DNA of 64,000 nt from Squalus acanthias (lineage: Eukaryota). This document shows, in pieces, positions 11,377-23,871 of the stretch. A model generated the notes under the pieces. That model was not told where the DNA came from. It worked only from the letters and a program-made list of their open reading frames with translations, and made no database searches. Each line of letters opens with the position of its first letter. Position 1 is the stretch's first letter. The DNA is taken from contig CM059434.1 of the NCBI GenBank assembly GCA_030390025.1, positions 106,454,001 through 106,518,000 on the forward strand. Reading direction: 5' to 3'. The translations under genes and the position numbers were made by a program.

Positions 11377-11426
11377 GTTTGTCCTAACTTTGTCCACCCC
11401 AGTCCAACGCCGGCATCTCCACATCA
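11377..11426. mobile_element. 50-bp retroelement end fragment with 9-bp TSD
   Basis: Flanked by a perfect TAACTCTAG duplication (11368-76, 11427-35). The insert resembles elasmobranch Penelope-like termini (ccccagtccaacgccggcatctccacatca). Confidence 0.65.
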
Positions 11427-11888
11427 TAACTCTAGTGTGGCATTGCGTTAAATACCTTTGGGAGCGGGGGGAATAAATATGCTCTTTTAGTATATTCAGT
11501 TTGCACTCTTGTATACTTTCTTAAAGCATTCCACAGGTGCAAACTCCAGGTAGTGAATGTAGGGACAAAAGGTGCAATGTAATTTTATTCTCTACTAAAT
11601 TTGGGGAAATACATTTTAACCCCACGCGATTAAAATTTTATATTCAATTTGTTGGGCTCTTACTCCGAATGAGAAACTCCAGGCATAAACCATGGCTTTA
11701 TAAAAAGATTATTTATTACATACTAGGAAGATACAGACTTGGAATGAAACAATATCTGCACTCCATACACTATTGGAAGTTAAGGAAGTTCAAGGTATTT
11801 AGAATTGCTTTAAAGAAAAAGAAAAGCTCACTCAAATGCAAAGCCTTATTAAAGAAAAAGGCCTGTACTATACTAATCCCATAAAAAA

Positions 11889-12601
11889 GGGCCGTAATTT
11901 GCGGCCCCTACGGGGTGTGTACACGCCTGTAAGGGCAGTGCAAGTTCCGGGTTTAGGCGAAGCGCATGCGCGAAAACCCGGAACTTGCGATCTGTCAAGA
12001 ATTTTCTTGACTGATCCAATGCATCCGCGGGCGGAGAGTTGGGCTATTTGCCCAACTTCTGCCCAGCGAATGCCCGTGAAATTCTTACGCCTGGTAATAG
12101 CAGGTGGTAAGGCCTGCTGTTACCAGCGTAAGAGTTTGATCATTTGTTTTTTTAAATCATTTATACATTAAAAAACCTGTACAATAAGATAAGTTTATTT
12201 TTAGCCCCTTTAATTAAATTTATTTTTCAAAAAATTACATTTTTGTTTTAAATGTTTAATTAAATGGCATTTTAATTAATTTTAAATGTAATTTTGTTTA
12301 TTTGATGTGTAGATGTATTTTTTGGGGTATTCCCATTCATGCTTATGGGGTTTCCGTACATACAGAATCCCCATAAGTATGAATGGGGAATCCCCCTTCT
12401 TTCATTCGTTGGGCTGGCCCACATGATCCCAGGGGCGCTTGTGAACCACCTGCGCCTCAGATACGTGGGCCTCTACGCGGGTACCCGGAGAGGCTCAGGA
12501 CCGTGAATCTCCGTACCTCCTGGACCACCAGGTACGTGGGCATTTTATTGCGGATTGGAGGCATTTCCCCGCAGGAAGCCTCCAACCGCAAATTCAGGGC
12601 C
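11889..12601. mobile_element. PIF/Harbinger-like MITE
   Basis: TIRs GGGCCGTAATTTGCGG / GGCCCTGAATTTGCGG, GC-rich ends and an AT-rich core. Related to the element starting at 43226. Confidence 0.65.
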
Positions 12602-12899
12602 ATAGTTTTACGTATACTTAGGGTTGGTTGAGATCTGTTGAAGCCTTGTATATGTCTCGATGCTTGCAGACAGTGAAGCAGCACATGTTCTGAGGATCAG
12701 GACAGCTGTGGAGGAGGTAGGCTGGAATAAGCAACAGACGGAGAGTGAGCTTCCTCCACATGGCCATTTTTACAGCCCCCTTGATTGGGACCACACCTGT
12801 GGGGCGGTTTTGTATTTGTTTTTGTACAACAAAACTCTAAAAGGAGTACAAGAAGCTCTGGTAGGGAACTTGTGCTGGAGGAGCCTTCATCTGTGGAGG

Positions 12900-13260
12900 A
12901 GAGGAAAGAAAATATGACACATGGCTCATATGCTGATCATCTGCAGCAGAGCAAAACCATTGCACAGGGTGTATTATATGTTGCAGTGTTTAAATAAAAT
13001 AGATCCAGTGGAGCCCTTGGCACTGTGGAAAGAGTGAAGAGGAAGGAATGCTACTGTACACATTTTGATCAGCTACAAGTAGGCTTTTGGCAGAGAATTC
13101 TTCATGTAATCCATGCGACCACTGTAGTAAGTGTACTGTCTGGTGTTTTGTGTTCTCGGACTACTCAGTGAAAACTCTTTGGATATGAATAAAGACAACT
13201 GCGCTCATTTCAATGGCCAGAAAGTATGCCTGTTTTTCTAGATTTTAGGAGTGTTATATT
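12900..13260 (+). mobile_element. Possible highly degenerate L1/Tx1 ORF2 C-terminal fragment
   Basis: HCGKSEEEGMLLYTF*S...GFWQRI resembles the L1 CCHC knuckle region, but is very eroded. Confidence 0.3.
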
Positions 13261-13395
13261 GGACAATTTAGAACATAGTATTTCTTTTCCCAACCCCCCC
13301 AGAAAAGGAACCACTAATAAATGGGATGTAGCTAGGGCTACAGACCTTTTTCTGCATCACCATGGTTCAGTCAGGCCTGACGAATGTCAGTCAGT

Positions 13396-13530
13396 CAGTT
13401 CTGATGAAAGGTCATCGACCTGAAACGTTAACTCTGTTTCTCTCTCCACAGATGCTGCCTGACCTGCTGAGTATTTCCAGCATTTTCTGTGCTTATTTCA
13501 GATTTCCAGCATTGCAGTATTATGTTTTTG
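13396..13530 (+). mobile_element. Penelope-like element remnant
   Basis: Hammerhead followed by ctctgtttctctctccacagatgctgcctgacctgctgagtatttccagc..., shared with the other three copies. Confidence 0.7.
13397..13433 (+). ncRNA. Minimal type I hammerhead ribozyme motif
   Basis: AGTT-CTGATGA-A-AGGTC(ATC)GACCT-GAAA-CG-TT-AACT: stem I AGTT/AACT, conserved core, 5-bp stem II, palindromic loopless stem III and a GUU cleavage triplet. Confidence 0.75.
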
Positions 13531-13667
13531 TAGGCCTGTGCTATGGATTGGCCACAAGATGGTGCTCTTAAATAGTAGGTTGCAAGTAATTACATGATTT
13601 AGCCATCTATTTCAGGCAGAGCTAATTTTATAATCATTGAAATCCAAATATACTCTGTTAGCTTCAA

Positions 13668-13965
13668 ACCATCTACAAGATGCACTGCAGCAACTTGCCA
13701 AGGCTTCTTCGGCAGCACCTCCCAAACCCGCGACCTCTTCCACCTAGAAGGACAAGGGCAGCAGGCGCATGGGAACACCATCACCTCCAAGTCACACACC
13801 ATCCTGACTTAGAAGTATATCGCCGATCCTTCATCGTGGGAGTACCTTCACCACACGGACTGCAGCGGTTCAAGGCGGCGGCTCACCACCACCTTCTCAA
13901 GGGCAATTAGGGATGGGCAATAAATGCTGGTCTTGCCAGCGATGCCCACATCCCATAAATGAATT
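13668..13965 (+). mobile_element. CR1-Zenon-like LINE 3' fragment
   Basis: IYKMHCSNLPRLLRQHLPNP and 3' end gggcaataaatgctggtcttgccagcgatgcccacatccc; same family as 23872 and 26987. Confidence 0.8.
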
Positions 13966-14464
13966 TTAAAATACCTTGTTTTTGGAACGTTCTCTCCTAG
14001 TACGGCTCTTGTCTTATTTTATACTGGTATTAGGAGTTGCATTTTTTCTTGGTGGGGTATGAAATGGTTGGTGTTGCTGTGCAGGATTTGTCATAGAGCC
14101 AAGAACAAGCTGCTTTGGAAATAGTTGCAAAGCTCTCATGTTAGACACTAACGAAAGTATATGCTACAGTCTACAGCTCCAACTTTTTCAAACATATCTT
14201 AATGCCAGATGTGATTGGTGACACAGTAACATCATTCTACCCCCAATTGTGTGACTGCTGAAATTTATACATGGCTGTCATGATCAGGAAACTGCAGTGG
14301 TCAGAAAGAGTGAGAGACTGATCACAAAACCATTTCACATTAGAGATGTGTTTATTTTCAGGAGTGAAATAGATTAAAATCAGCTACATTTTTAAACCCA
14401 AATTAATGACATTCAGTTAAAATAAATAAGAATTGGGTTTCGCTGCAGTACTCATGGAATAGGT

Positions 14465-15548
14465 GGGTCAGTGGCAGCTTGGATAAGGAATTGGCTTAAG
14501 GACAGAAAACAGCTGTGGTAAATGGCTGTTTTTCAGTCTGGAGGATGGTAGACAGTGGTGTTCCCCAAGGGTCAGTGCTGGGGCCACTGCTTTTTTGATA
14601 TATATATATGACCTGGATATTGGAATACAGAGTAGAATTTCTAAATTTGCCGATGACACCAAACTTGGGGGTGTGACAAACAGTGATGATATCAATGGAC
14701 TGCAACAGGACATAGAAAGGCTAGCAGACAAGTGGCAGATGGAATTTAATACAGAGAAGTGTGAGGCGATGCATTTTGGCAGAAGGAACAGGGATAGGCA
14801 ATATACACTTAATGGCACAGTTTTAAAGAGTGTGCAGGGACAGAGGGACCTGGGAGTTAATGTGCATAGGTCCCTGAAGGTGGCAGGACATATTGAGAGA
14901 GTGGTTAACAAAGCATATGGGATCTTGGGCTTCATAAATAGAGGTATTGAGTACAAAAAGAGAGAAGTTATGTTGAACCTTTATAAAGCGCTGGTTAGGC
15001 CACAACTGGAGTATTGTGTCCAGTTCTGGTCACCACACTTTAGGAAGGATGTGAAGGCACTTGAGAGGGTGCAGAGGAGATTTGCCAGAATGGTTCTGGG
15101 GATGGGGGATCTTAGCTACAAGGATAGGTTGGAGAAGCTAGATTTGTTTTCATTAGAGCAAAGGAGGTTGAGGAGTGATTTGATAGAGGTGTACAAGATT
15201 ATGACTGGTTTGGATAGGCTAGACGGGGAAAGGCTGTTCCCACTAGTTGATGGTACAAGGACTAGGGGACACAGATTTAAAGGTTTTGGGCAAGAGATAC
15301 AGGGGGAATGTGAGGAAAAACTTCTTTACACAGCGAGTGGTGAGGACCTGGAACTCGCTGCCGACGGAAGTGGTGGAAGCGGAGACACTCAATGTTTTCA
15401 AGGGGAGACTGGATAGGCACTTGAGGGAAATAAATTTGCAGGGCTACGGGGATAGAGCGGGGCAATGGGACTGACTGGATTGCTCTACAGAGAGCCAGCA
15501 CAGACTTGATGGGCCGAATGGACTCCTTCTGTGACGTTATGACTCTAT
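14465..15548 (+). mobile_element. 5'-truncated CR1 LINE (RT C-terminal half)
   Basis: [35 protein letters not shown] and the CR1 3'UTR. Confidence 0.92.
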
Positions 15549-16369
15549 TACAGGGTCACTTGTGTTTCCAGTTAATAAAAAGCACTTACTCTTGTATATA
15601 AACTAATATTTCATATTAATTTTCATAGTTTTTTCTGCATTTGTTTGTGAGGCCCAAAAGGTTTTGGTACTAGCCCGCATTTGCCCATCCACCAATATCA
15701 TTGTGCTGAAGTACTCATCTTTAGCAGTAGTGCAAAACAGCATAACATTGACTGAGGAAAAGGAACTGATTATCGGGCAGGGCCTATAACAGGCAGCTGA
15801 TGAGATGCCGCCCGTTTCGTGCTACTGCCTAAAATGAATTTCTACCCCATTGTGTTGTGTAAATGATAGTGGTTCTTACTCGTTCCTGACCTGGTTTCGG
15901 AATCCAGTTTACAATCTGTCGTATGATTTCAGGAATATACCTGGGTGATAGCAGCGTCGAACTATTAAAAAGACAGGTAAATAAATAGAAATATCAAAAG
16001 TGATTCAGTAAAATGATTTGGAAAGGTAAAAATGGTGCAAGTATTACCAGGTAAAGGAAACCAAGGAAGAAATGGATACACGGGCAATCCTCACAATAGA
16101 CTGCTATTAGTTCAGCATTTGTAAATACTAACAACTTTTAGCTTCAATGTGCCAAGTTTAGAAATATAAGAAGTACTTGGACACTAACTTTAACAACTGC
16201 TATTAGGCTCCTTTGTCAGTACTTTGAAAATAACTGGCTTTATAAGCAGCCTTGGATCAAGGTTAATAGAAAATCATGAGTTTGAAGCTCTTTCCTCTCC
16301 TGTTTTCCTTCCTCTTGTTTCTCCAGGGATTGATTCCTTTGCAGTGCTATGATTCCCCAGGCAACAGTC

Positions 16370-16630
16370 ACACACTTGGCACCTCACCCAAGTGAGTGCA
16401 GTGAAGCTATTTGACTGGAGGACAACACAGCCAAGCCAAATCCTGTCCTCACCCAACATGTACACACGCACTTTCAGCAGGGCATGCTGGACAACGATAA
16501 AGAGCTGGAATCTATTTTGATTTTTTTCCCTTCCCTAATCCAAGAGTGCTGCAGCCATTGCTGCTGCCCCAGCTAGAGATCGGTTAATTCAACACAAGCT
16601 GGCGATCAGACCTGCAATCTTCCTGGTCAG
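16370..16630 (-). mobile_element. Ancient SINE copy (same family as 1058)
   Basis: acctcacccaagtg...gctatttgactgga...tcctgtcctcacccaac...gcactttcagcaggg; homologous to 17380-17620, 58480-58760, 59400-59640 and 63900-64000. Confidence 0.55.
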
Positions 16631-17644
16631 AGAGTAGGGCTGAGTTTTCTTCTCCACCCGCCTGACTGAGCAAAGTCAGGTGGTATGCTACTAAACTGGG
16701 CCAACTCCAATGCACCTGCATCCACCTGTATTTCTGGTTTCAGGTGATTTGCATTTTTTTTGTACGTGCAAAATCTGAGGTTGGGCGTACGCACAATAGA
16801 CGGATGGAATTTGCGTGCTGCTACAGGCCTGCAGCAGCTTAAAGAGGAGATTGCTGTTTGGGGTGTTGGCTGTATTATTCAGCTGAGGACAGGTCTGGCA
16901 GCAGTTTGGGGAGAAGAAATTAAGCCCGTTGCCATAGAAATCTTGCTGCAGCAAGTGGTAGTTCAGTACCCAGACACTCTGCAAAGCAGCATCACAGCTC
17001 CAATCCACACTGAGGGATTTGGGTAGCTAGTGTGAGGGCAGCAGGCTGAGTGACCCATAGAGCAGAAGTGAACAGGATTAGGGGGAGGCGGTCCAGGGCT
17101 GGACGAGGAGGAGCAGAAAGCACCTGACTAGACGGTGAGGTTACATCCATCCACAGTTGATAAGAGATCCTGATCTCCGGGGCCAAGCTTTTAAAAGAAG
17201 GATGCTCGTGGAGCATAACAGAGTATTGAAACCACTGGGCACATGCCATGGAAAATTTAAACTGTACGCAAATGAGATTATGCTGAGTTAGCCAGTATGC
17301 TGTGGTACTACTGCGCCTTTTGCTGACAATGGAGAATTATCGAACATCTGTACCAGTTTGACTGTTTTGTAGTCTTAGAGCCAGAAGCCAACATTGTTAA
17401 GTTTAGTGATGTCTGTATGTTTATCTTACAAGAACCTAACCTCATTCCATGGAAGCTGGGAACAAGGCAGGCCAGACCGAGCAGTGGACGATGGTATTGG
17501 TGTGTGTGTGTGGATGTCAAGTAAGAGAAGGATTGGGCTTAGCTGTTCCCCTCTTTCCCCCTCACACCCCTGGAGTCGAATATCTGTCTGACACTCACTG
17601 TCATGACAGGAGAATGAAGAATGGCTACTTGATTAGGTACTGGG

Positions 17645-17801
17645 CAATGTTCCCGCTAAGCTGCACGGCTGTGGTCTGGAGGTCCCGTGCCGGCCACTCA
17701 CCGGCTTTTCAATAGAAATAACCGCGCACGTGTGAAAAATTGAATGGGCTGCGCAGCCAGTTAAAGGGCCCGAGTACACAAAAAAATGACAGGGAACATT
17801 G
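17645..17801. mobile_element. hAT-like MITE
   Basis: TIR CAATGTTCCC / GGGAACATTG with a perfect 8-bp TSD GTACTGGG. Confidence 0.9.
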
Positions 17802-17862
17802 GTACTGGGACAATATCTCTGCAGGACAGGAGGAGAGTAAATGTTAGCCTTCACCTAATACC

Positions 17863-20800
17863 ACATAGAACATAACATAACATTAGAAATAGGAGCAGGA
17901 GTAGGCCATTTGGCCCTTCGAGCCTGCTCCGCCATTCAATAAGATCATGGCTGATCTTCTACCTCATCTCCACTTTCCTGAACTATCCCCATATCCCTTG
18001 ATTCCCTTAATATTCAAAAATATATCAGTCTCTGTCTTGAATATACTCAACAACTGAGCCTCCACAGCCCTCTGGGGTAGAGAATTCCAAAGATTCATTA
18101 CCCTCTGAGTGAAGAAATTTCTCCTCATCTCAGTCCTAAATGGCCAACCCCTTATTCTGAGACTGTGACCCCTGGTTCTAGACTCCCCAGCTGGGGAAAC
18201 ATCCTCCCTGCATCTACCCTGTCAAGCCCTGTAAGAATTTTGTATGTTTCAATGAGATCACCTCTCATTCTTCTAAACTCTAGAGAATATAGGCCCAGTC
18301 TACTCAATCCCTCCTCATAGGACAATTCCCCCACCCCAGGAACCAGCCTGGTGAACCTTCGTTACACTCCCTCTATGGCAAGTATATCCTTCCTTAGGTA
18401 TGGAGACCAAAACTGTACACAATACTCCAGGTGTGGTCTCACCAGGGCCCTATATAATTGCAGTAAGATGTCTTTACTCTTATACTCAAATCCTCTTGTA
18501 TTAAAGGCCAACGTACCATTTGCTTTCCTAATTGCTTGCTGTACCTGCATGTTAACTTTGTGATTCATGTACAAGGATACCCAGGTCCCTCTGAACACCA
18601 ACATTTCCCAATCTCTCACCATTTAAAAAATACTCTGCTTTTCTATTTTTCCTACCAAAGTGGATAACTTGATATTATAGTCCATTTGCCATGTTCTTGC
18701 CCACTCACTTAGCCTGTCTATATCCCCTTGAAGCCTCCTTGCATCCTCCTCTCAACTTACATTCCCACCCAGCTTTGTATCATCAGCAAACTTGGATATA
18801 TTACATTTGGTCCCCTCATCCAAATCATTGATGTAGATTGTGAATAGCTGAGGCCCAAGCACTGATCCTTGCGGTACCCCACTAGTTACAGCCTGCCAAC
18901 CCGAAAATGACCCGTTTATTCCTACTCTCTGTTTTCTGTCCGTTAACCAATCCTAAATCATGCTAGTATATTACCCCCAATCCCATGAGCCCTAATTTTG
19001 TTTAATAACCTCTTGTATGGCACCTTATCGAATGCCTTCTGAAAATCCAAATACACCACATCCACTGGTTCCCCCTTATCTATTCTGCTAGTTACAACCT
19101 CAAAAAACTAACAGATTTGCTGGGGGTGAGCCCGGGGTGGCAGCAGCCCATATTATTCTTGTGGAGCCCAGAGGAACATGCCTGCTCCTTCTGGCCTCAT
19201 AGAAATAATTTTAACACTTACCTTTCGGGCCTCTTCCTCGTGCCCGCCCGGTTTTACTGAGCAGAATGTCCACGGTGCATGCTCCACCCAGTAGGCCATT
19301 AAAATTGCATCGGGCTCCCATGTGTATCCTAGGACCCCAATTTGCATGGATTCAGGCGAGCCCATGAAAATATGGTGACAAGCAGTAAGTCCACCACCAT
19401 TGTAACAAATCCATGCTGACTGTCCCTGATCAATCCGTGTCTTTCTAAATTCAGATTTATCCCTCAGAATTGTTTCCAATAATTTTCCCACCACCGAGGT
19501 TAGGCTGACTGGCCTGTAATTACTCGGTCTGTCCCTTTCTCCTTTTTTAAACAACGGTACCACGTTAGCAGTCCTCTGGCACCACACCTGTAGCCAGAGA
19601 GGATTGGAAAATGGATTTATCGGCTTTCAGTCCCATTAATTTCTCCAGTACTACTTTTTTACTAATGCTAATACTCATTTATTTCAGTTCCTAATTCTCG
19701 CTAGACCCTTGGTTCTCCACTATTTCCGGGAAGTTTTTTGCGTCTTCTTCCGTGAAGACAGACACAAAGGGCTGGATTTTACCTTTCGATGCGGCTTGGG
19801 GGCGGGACAGCTGCCTTCCGGGTTCCGATCCCGCCCCCAACGACGTCCGACGCACAGATGCTATTTTGCGTCAATTGGCCTTGTTAAGCCCGCCCTGCGG
19901 GCATGCCAGTCAATTAAGAGAAAGCTGGTGTCAGATGACATCAGTTGATGACGCACCATCTGCCGGTTTTCTTAAAGGGGCCACACACAAATTTTTTTGA
20001 CAGGTGATGTTTCAGTGTTTGACAGCATTGAGGTGCTGCAAACACTGACAATCACTGTATAAAGGTGAGCCCTTACACTCAGTGCCAGGCTAGAACAGAT
20101 GGCAGTTGCAGGTGAGGTTACAGAAGCGATCTGTCACTGGTAAGGAAGGTTCAGGTGAGAGATGAGGTGGGACTACACAAACACTTCAAAACTTGTTACC
20201 TACAGAAAAGTCTAAATACATTAAAAATGATTGTCCCAACATTTTCTTACCTCTGAAACTCACCAATTTATCATTAGATTCTTCACACCACTTCTGCAGC
20301 TGTCATCAGTGAAGAAATATTACAGTAGACCCACAGCACACCACATTTACCCTGGCGTGGTGTCCAGATGTCGGGAAGCCCACAGTAGACCTGTCAAAAT
20401 TGGAAAAAGCCTCTTAACTGCCTGTTAACAAGCAGTTAAGTGCCTATTATTCTCTTCCCGCCGCTAGGTGTCGGGCCCATGTGCAAATCGGGGACCTGAC
20501 ACCTGGGAAGATTGTTTGGTGGCGGCTTGACAGGGGTTTGGGACCCACCGTCAATCTTTGCAATTTTGTCACCGGTCCTGCCTCCAAACCCGCCCCCTGA
20601 GTGCCGGCAAAATTCCCCCCAAAGTATTTGTTTAATTTCTCTGCCATTTCCTTATTCCTCATTATAATTTCTCCTGTCTCAGCCTGTAATGGACCCACAT
20701 TTACATTCGCTAATCTTTTCCTTTTTACATACCTATAGAAACTTTTACAGTCTGTTTTTATGTCTCTCGCTAGTTTACGTTCATATTTCATTTTCCCTTT

Positions 20801-23560
20801 CTTTATCAATTTCTTGGTCCTCCTTTGCTGAATTCTAAAATCCTCCAATCCTCAGGCTTACTACTCTTTTAGGCAGCATTATAAGCCTCCTCCTTTGATC
20901 TAATACTATCTTTAACTTCTCTTGTTAGCCACGGTTGGACCACTTTTCCTGTGGGGTTTTTGTACCTTAAAGGAATGTATATTGGTTGTAAATAATGAAT
21001 TAATTCTTTAAATGCTAGCCATTGCTCGTCCACTGTCATACCTTTTAATGTAGTTTCCCAATCTACCTTAGCCAACTTGCCCCTCATACCTACGTAGTTT
21101 GCTTTGTTTAGATTTAAGACCCTAGTTTCGGATTTAACCAAGTCACTTTCAAACTCAATATAAAATTCTTTCATATTATGGTCACTCTTCCCTAAATGCC
21201 CCTTTACTACAAGGTTATTAATTAACCCTTTCTCATTGCACAATACTAGATCTAAAATAGCCTGTTCCCTAGTTGGTTCCTCAACATACTGATCCAGAAA
21301 ACTATCTTGCATACATTCCATGAATTCGTCCTCCTCACTATTACTGCAAATTTGGTTTGTCCAGTCTATATGTAGATTAAAGTCCCCCATGATTAATGTA
21401 TTACCCTTGTTACATGCGCCTCAAATTTCCCGATTTATACTCTACCCTACATTACAACTATTATTTGGGGGCCTATAAACAACTCCCACCAGTGTTTTCT
21501 GCCCCTTGCTGTTTCTTAGCTCCACCCAAACTGATTCTACTTCTTGATTTTCGGAGCTAAGATCCTTTCTCTCTACTGTCTTTATCCCATCCTTTATTAT
21601 CAGGGCTACCCCTCCTTCTTTTCAATTTTGCCTATCCCTTCTAAAAGTTATGTATCCTGGAATATTTAGTTCCCAAAGTTGGCCACTTTGCAACCACGTC
21701 TCTGTTATGGCTATTAGATCAAACCTGTTAATTTCTATCTGCGCCAATAATTAATCTATTTTATTGCGAATGCTTCACGCATTCAGATATAGTGCCTTTA
21801 GCTTTGACTTATTTCTCTTTTTCCCTGATGTCACCTTAGTCACTGATGCCTTATTACCTTTGTTTCTCTCTCTCTCTCCCTTCCTGACCCACTCTGCTTA
21901 TTTTTACCCAAAACTCTACTCTGCTCTAGAGCCTTGACATTTCTCTCGCTGCTTTTAAATTTACTCTTTCCTGAATCCTCCCGACCCCCCCCTTCATTAG
22001 TTTAAAACCCTGTCTACTTCCCTAGTTATTCGGTTCACCAGGACACTGGTCCCAGCCCATTTTAAGTGGAGCCTGTCCCAATGGAACAGCTCCCTCTTTC
22101 CCCAGTACTGGTGCCAGTGCCCCATGAACCGAAACCCCTTCCTCCCACACCAATCTTTGAGCCACGTATTTAAACCTCTAATCTGTTTGTCCCTATGCCA
22201 ATTTGCACGTGGCTCAAGTAACAATCCAGAGATTATTACCTTTGAGGTTCTGCTTTTTAATTTGGATCCTAGCTCCTCAAACTTCCTCAGCAGAACCTCA
22301 TTCCTAGTTCTACCTATGTTGTTGGTTCCTACATGGACCACGACAACTGGATCCTCCCCCTCCCACTCCAAGTTCCTCTCCCTCCCACTCCAAGTTCCTC
22401 TCCAGTCGCGAGGAGATGTCTTTAACCCTGGCACCGGGCAGGCAATGCAACCTTCAGAACTCTCGGTTGCGGCTGCAGAGAACAGTATCTATCCCCCTGA
22501 CTATACTGTCCCCTACCACAACTACATTCCCTTTCACTCCCCCCACTTGAATGGCCTCCTGCACCATGGTGCCATGGTCAGCTAGCTCATCCATCCTCTA
22601 GGCTTTTCCCTCATCCACACAGGCAGCAAGAATCTCATACCTGTTGGACAAGGGCAAAAGCTGAGGCTCCTCCAGCACTGCACCTGGGGTCCCCTTACCT
22701 GTCTGAGTTGCAGTCACACCCTCCTGTCCCTGACCACTAATCGGACCTGTACCACTACCTAAGCTATGGGGTGTGACTGCCTCCTGGACCAAAGTGTCCA
22801 GGTAACTCTCCCCATCCCTGATGCCCCGCAATGTCTGCACCTCAGACTCCAGCTCAAAAACTCTGAGCTGAAGTTCCTCAAGATGCAGGCACTTACTGCA
22901 AACGTGGTTGTCCGGGATCACTTTGCTCTCCACAAACTCCCACATGCTGCAGTTGCGGCACACCACCTGCACTGCCATCCCTATATGACCTTGTTTTATT
23001 GAATTAAATTTAATTAAATTTGTAATTAGGTAACTTAGTTTACAATGTAGTTTCTTGACTACTTACTTGATCTAGATTAAGTTAAGGGTACTGAAATTAA
23101 ATATCTACCTGTAACACAAAGCACTACAAGTAGTGTAGACAAAAACCAACAACTCCTTCCCCCTCTTCTCCAAATTCCCACTCTCCTCCAAATTCCCAAA
23201 CAAAGCACTTTGTTCAAGTCCACTCCATTTAATACCGCACTGTGCTCTGCAGAAATGTTTACTTTTATACACTTGGAGCCTCACCCAATTTACAAGTGAT
23301 GATTCAGCTCCCCTGCTCTTGGTGATTCGCGTCGATTCAGGACAAGCACTTACAGTTGACTGACTGTTAACTGACACTGGCAGTCAGCTTCTGTTAACTA
23401 CTGTTTTTAAAGTTTTAAAGTTCCAGGTTAAAATCAAAATCTTAAACTAAATTTCACCTTTTATAGCTTCTACTTACCCAATACTTACCAGAAATTCCCA
23501 CTCTTTCCAAATTCCTAAACAAATCAGTCTGTTCAAGTCCACTCCGTTTAACATGGACAC
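17863..23560 (-). mobile_element. Second near-full-length, degenerate CR1 LINE with internal insertions
   Basis: ORF1 22978-21997 (CRNC...HVCSKC zinc finger, VHVGTNNIG esterase), endonuclease GDFN/SDHN at 20869-21390, RT remnants at 18100-19100, 3' tail at 17865. Confidence 0.9.
19769..20620. mobile_element. PIF/Harbinger-like non-autonomous element inserted in CR1
   Basis: TIRs GGGCTGGATTTT / GGGGGGAATTTT. A 3-bp AAA TSD restores the host sequence gacac-AAA-gtatttg. Related to 43990-44651. Confidence 0.8.
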
Positions 23561-23871
23561 TAATATCTGTTGCTAAAGTTTATCTTTGGAATTAATAATG
23601 AAGTTGTTGGATAGCGGTGAAATGTTTTTAATCAGTTCCAGACACGTTTGAACGCAGCAGGATTTTATGCGCTACCAATGAGCTAATCATAATTTTTTTG
23701 ACATTTTCTGATGCTGTATGCAAATACACCATATTTCTATACAAAGAAAGTCTAATCTGTCATTGAGGATATTTTGTTTCTTTCCTTATTCTCTTTGCTG
23801 ACAGTAAGCTTTAGCTCAACGTTGGAAAATAATTCCTATTGGTTCTTTACTTATGATCCAAAACTTTGTTT

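Noticed and set aside
16276-16395. Short ORF with a signal-peptide-like start (MSLKLFPLLFSFLLFLQGL...)
   Set aside because: It derives from the pyrimidine-rich end of the ancient SINE family and is only 39 codons.
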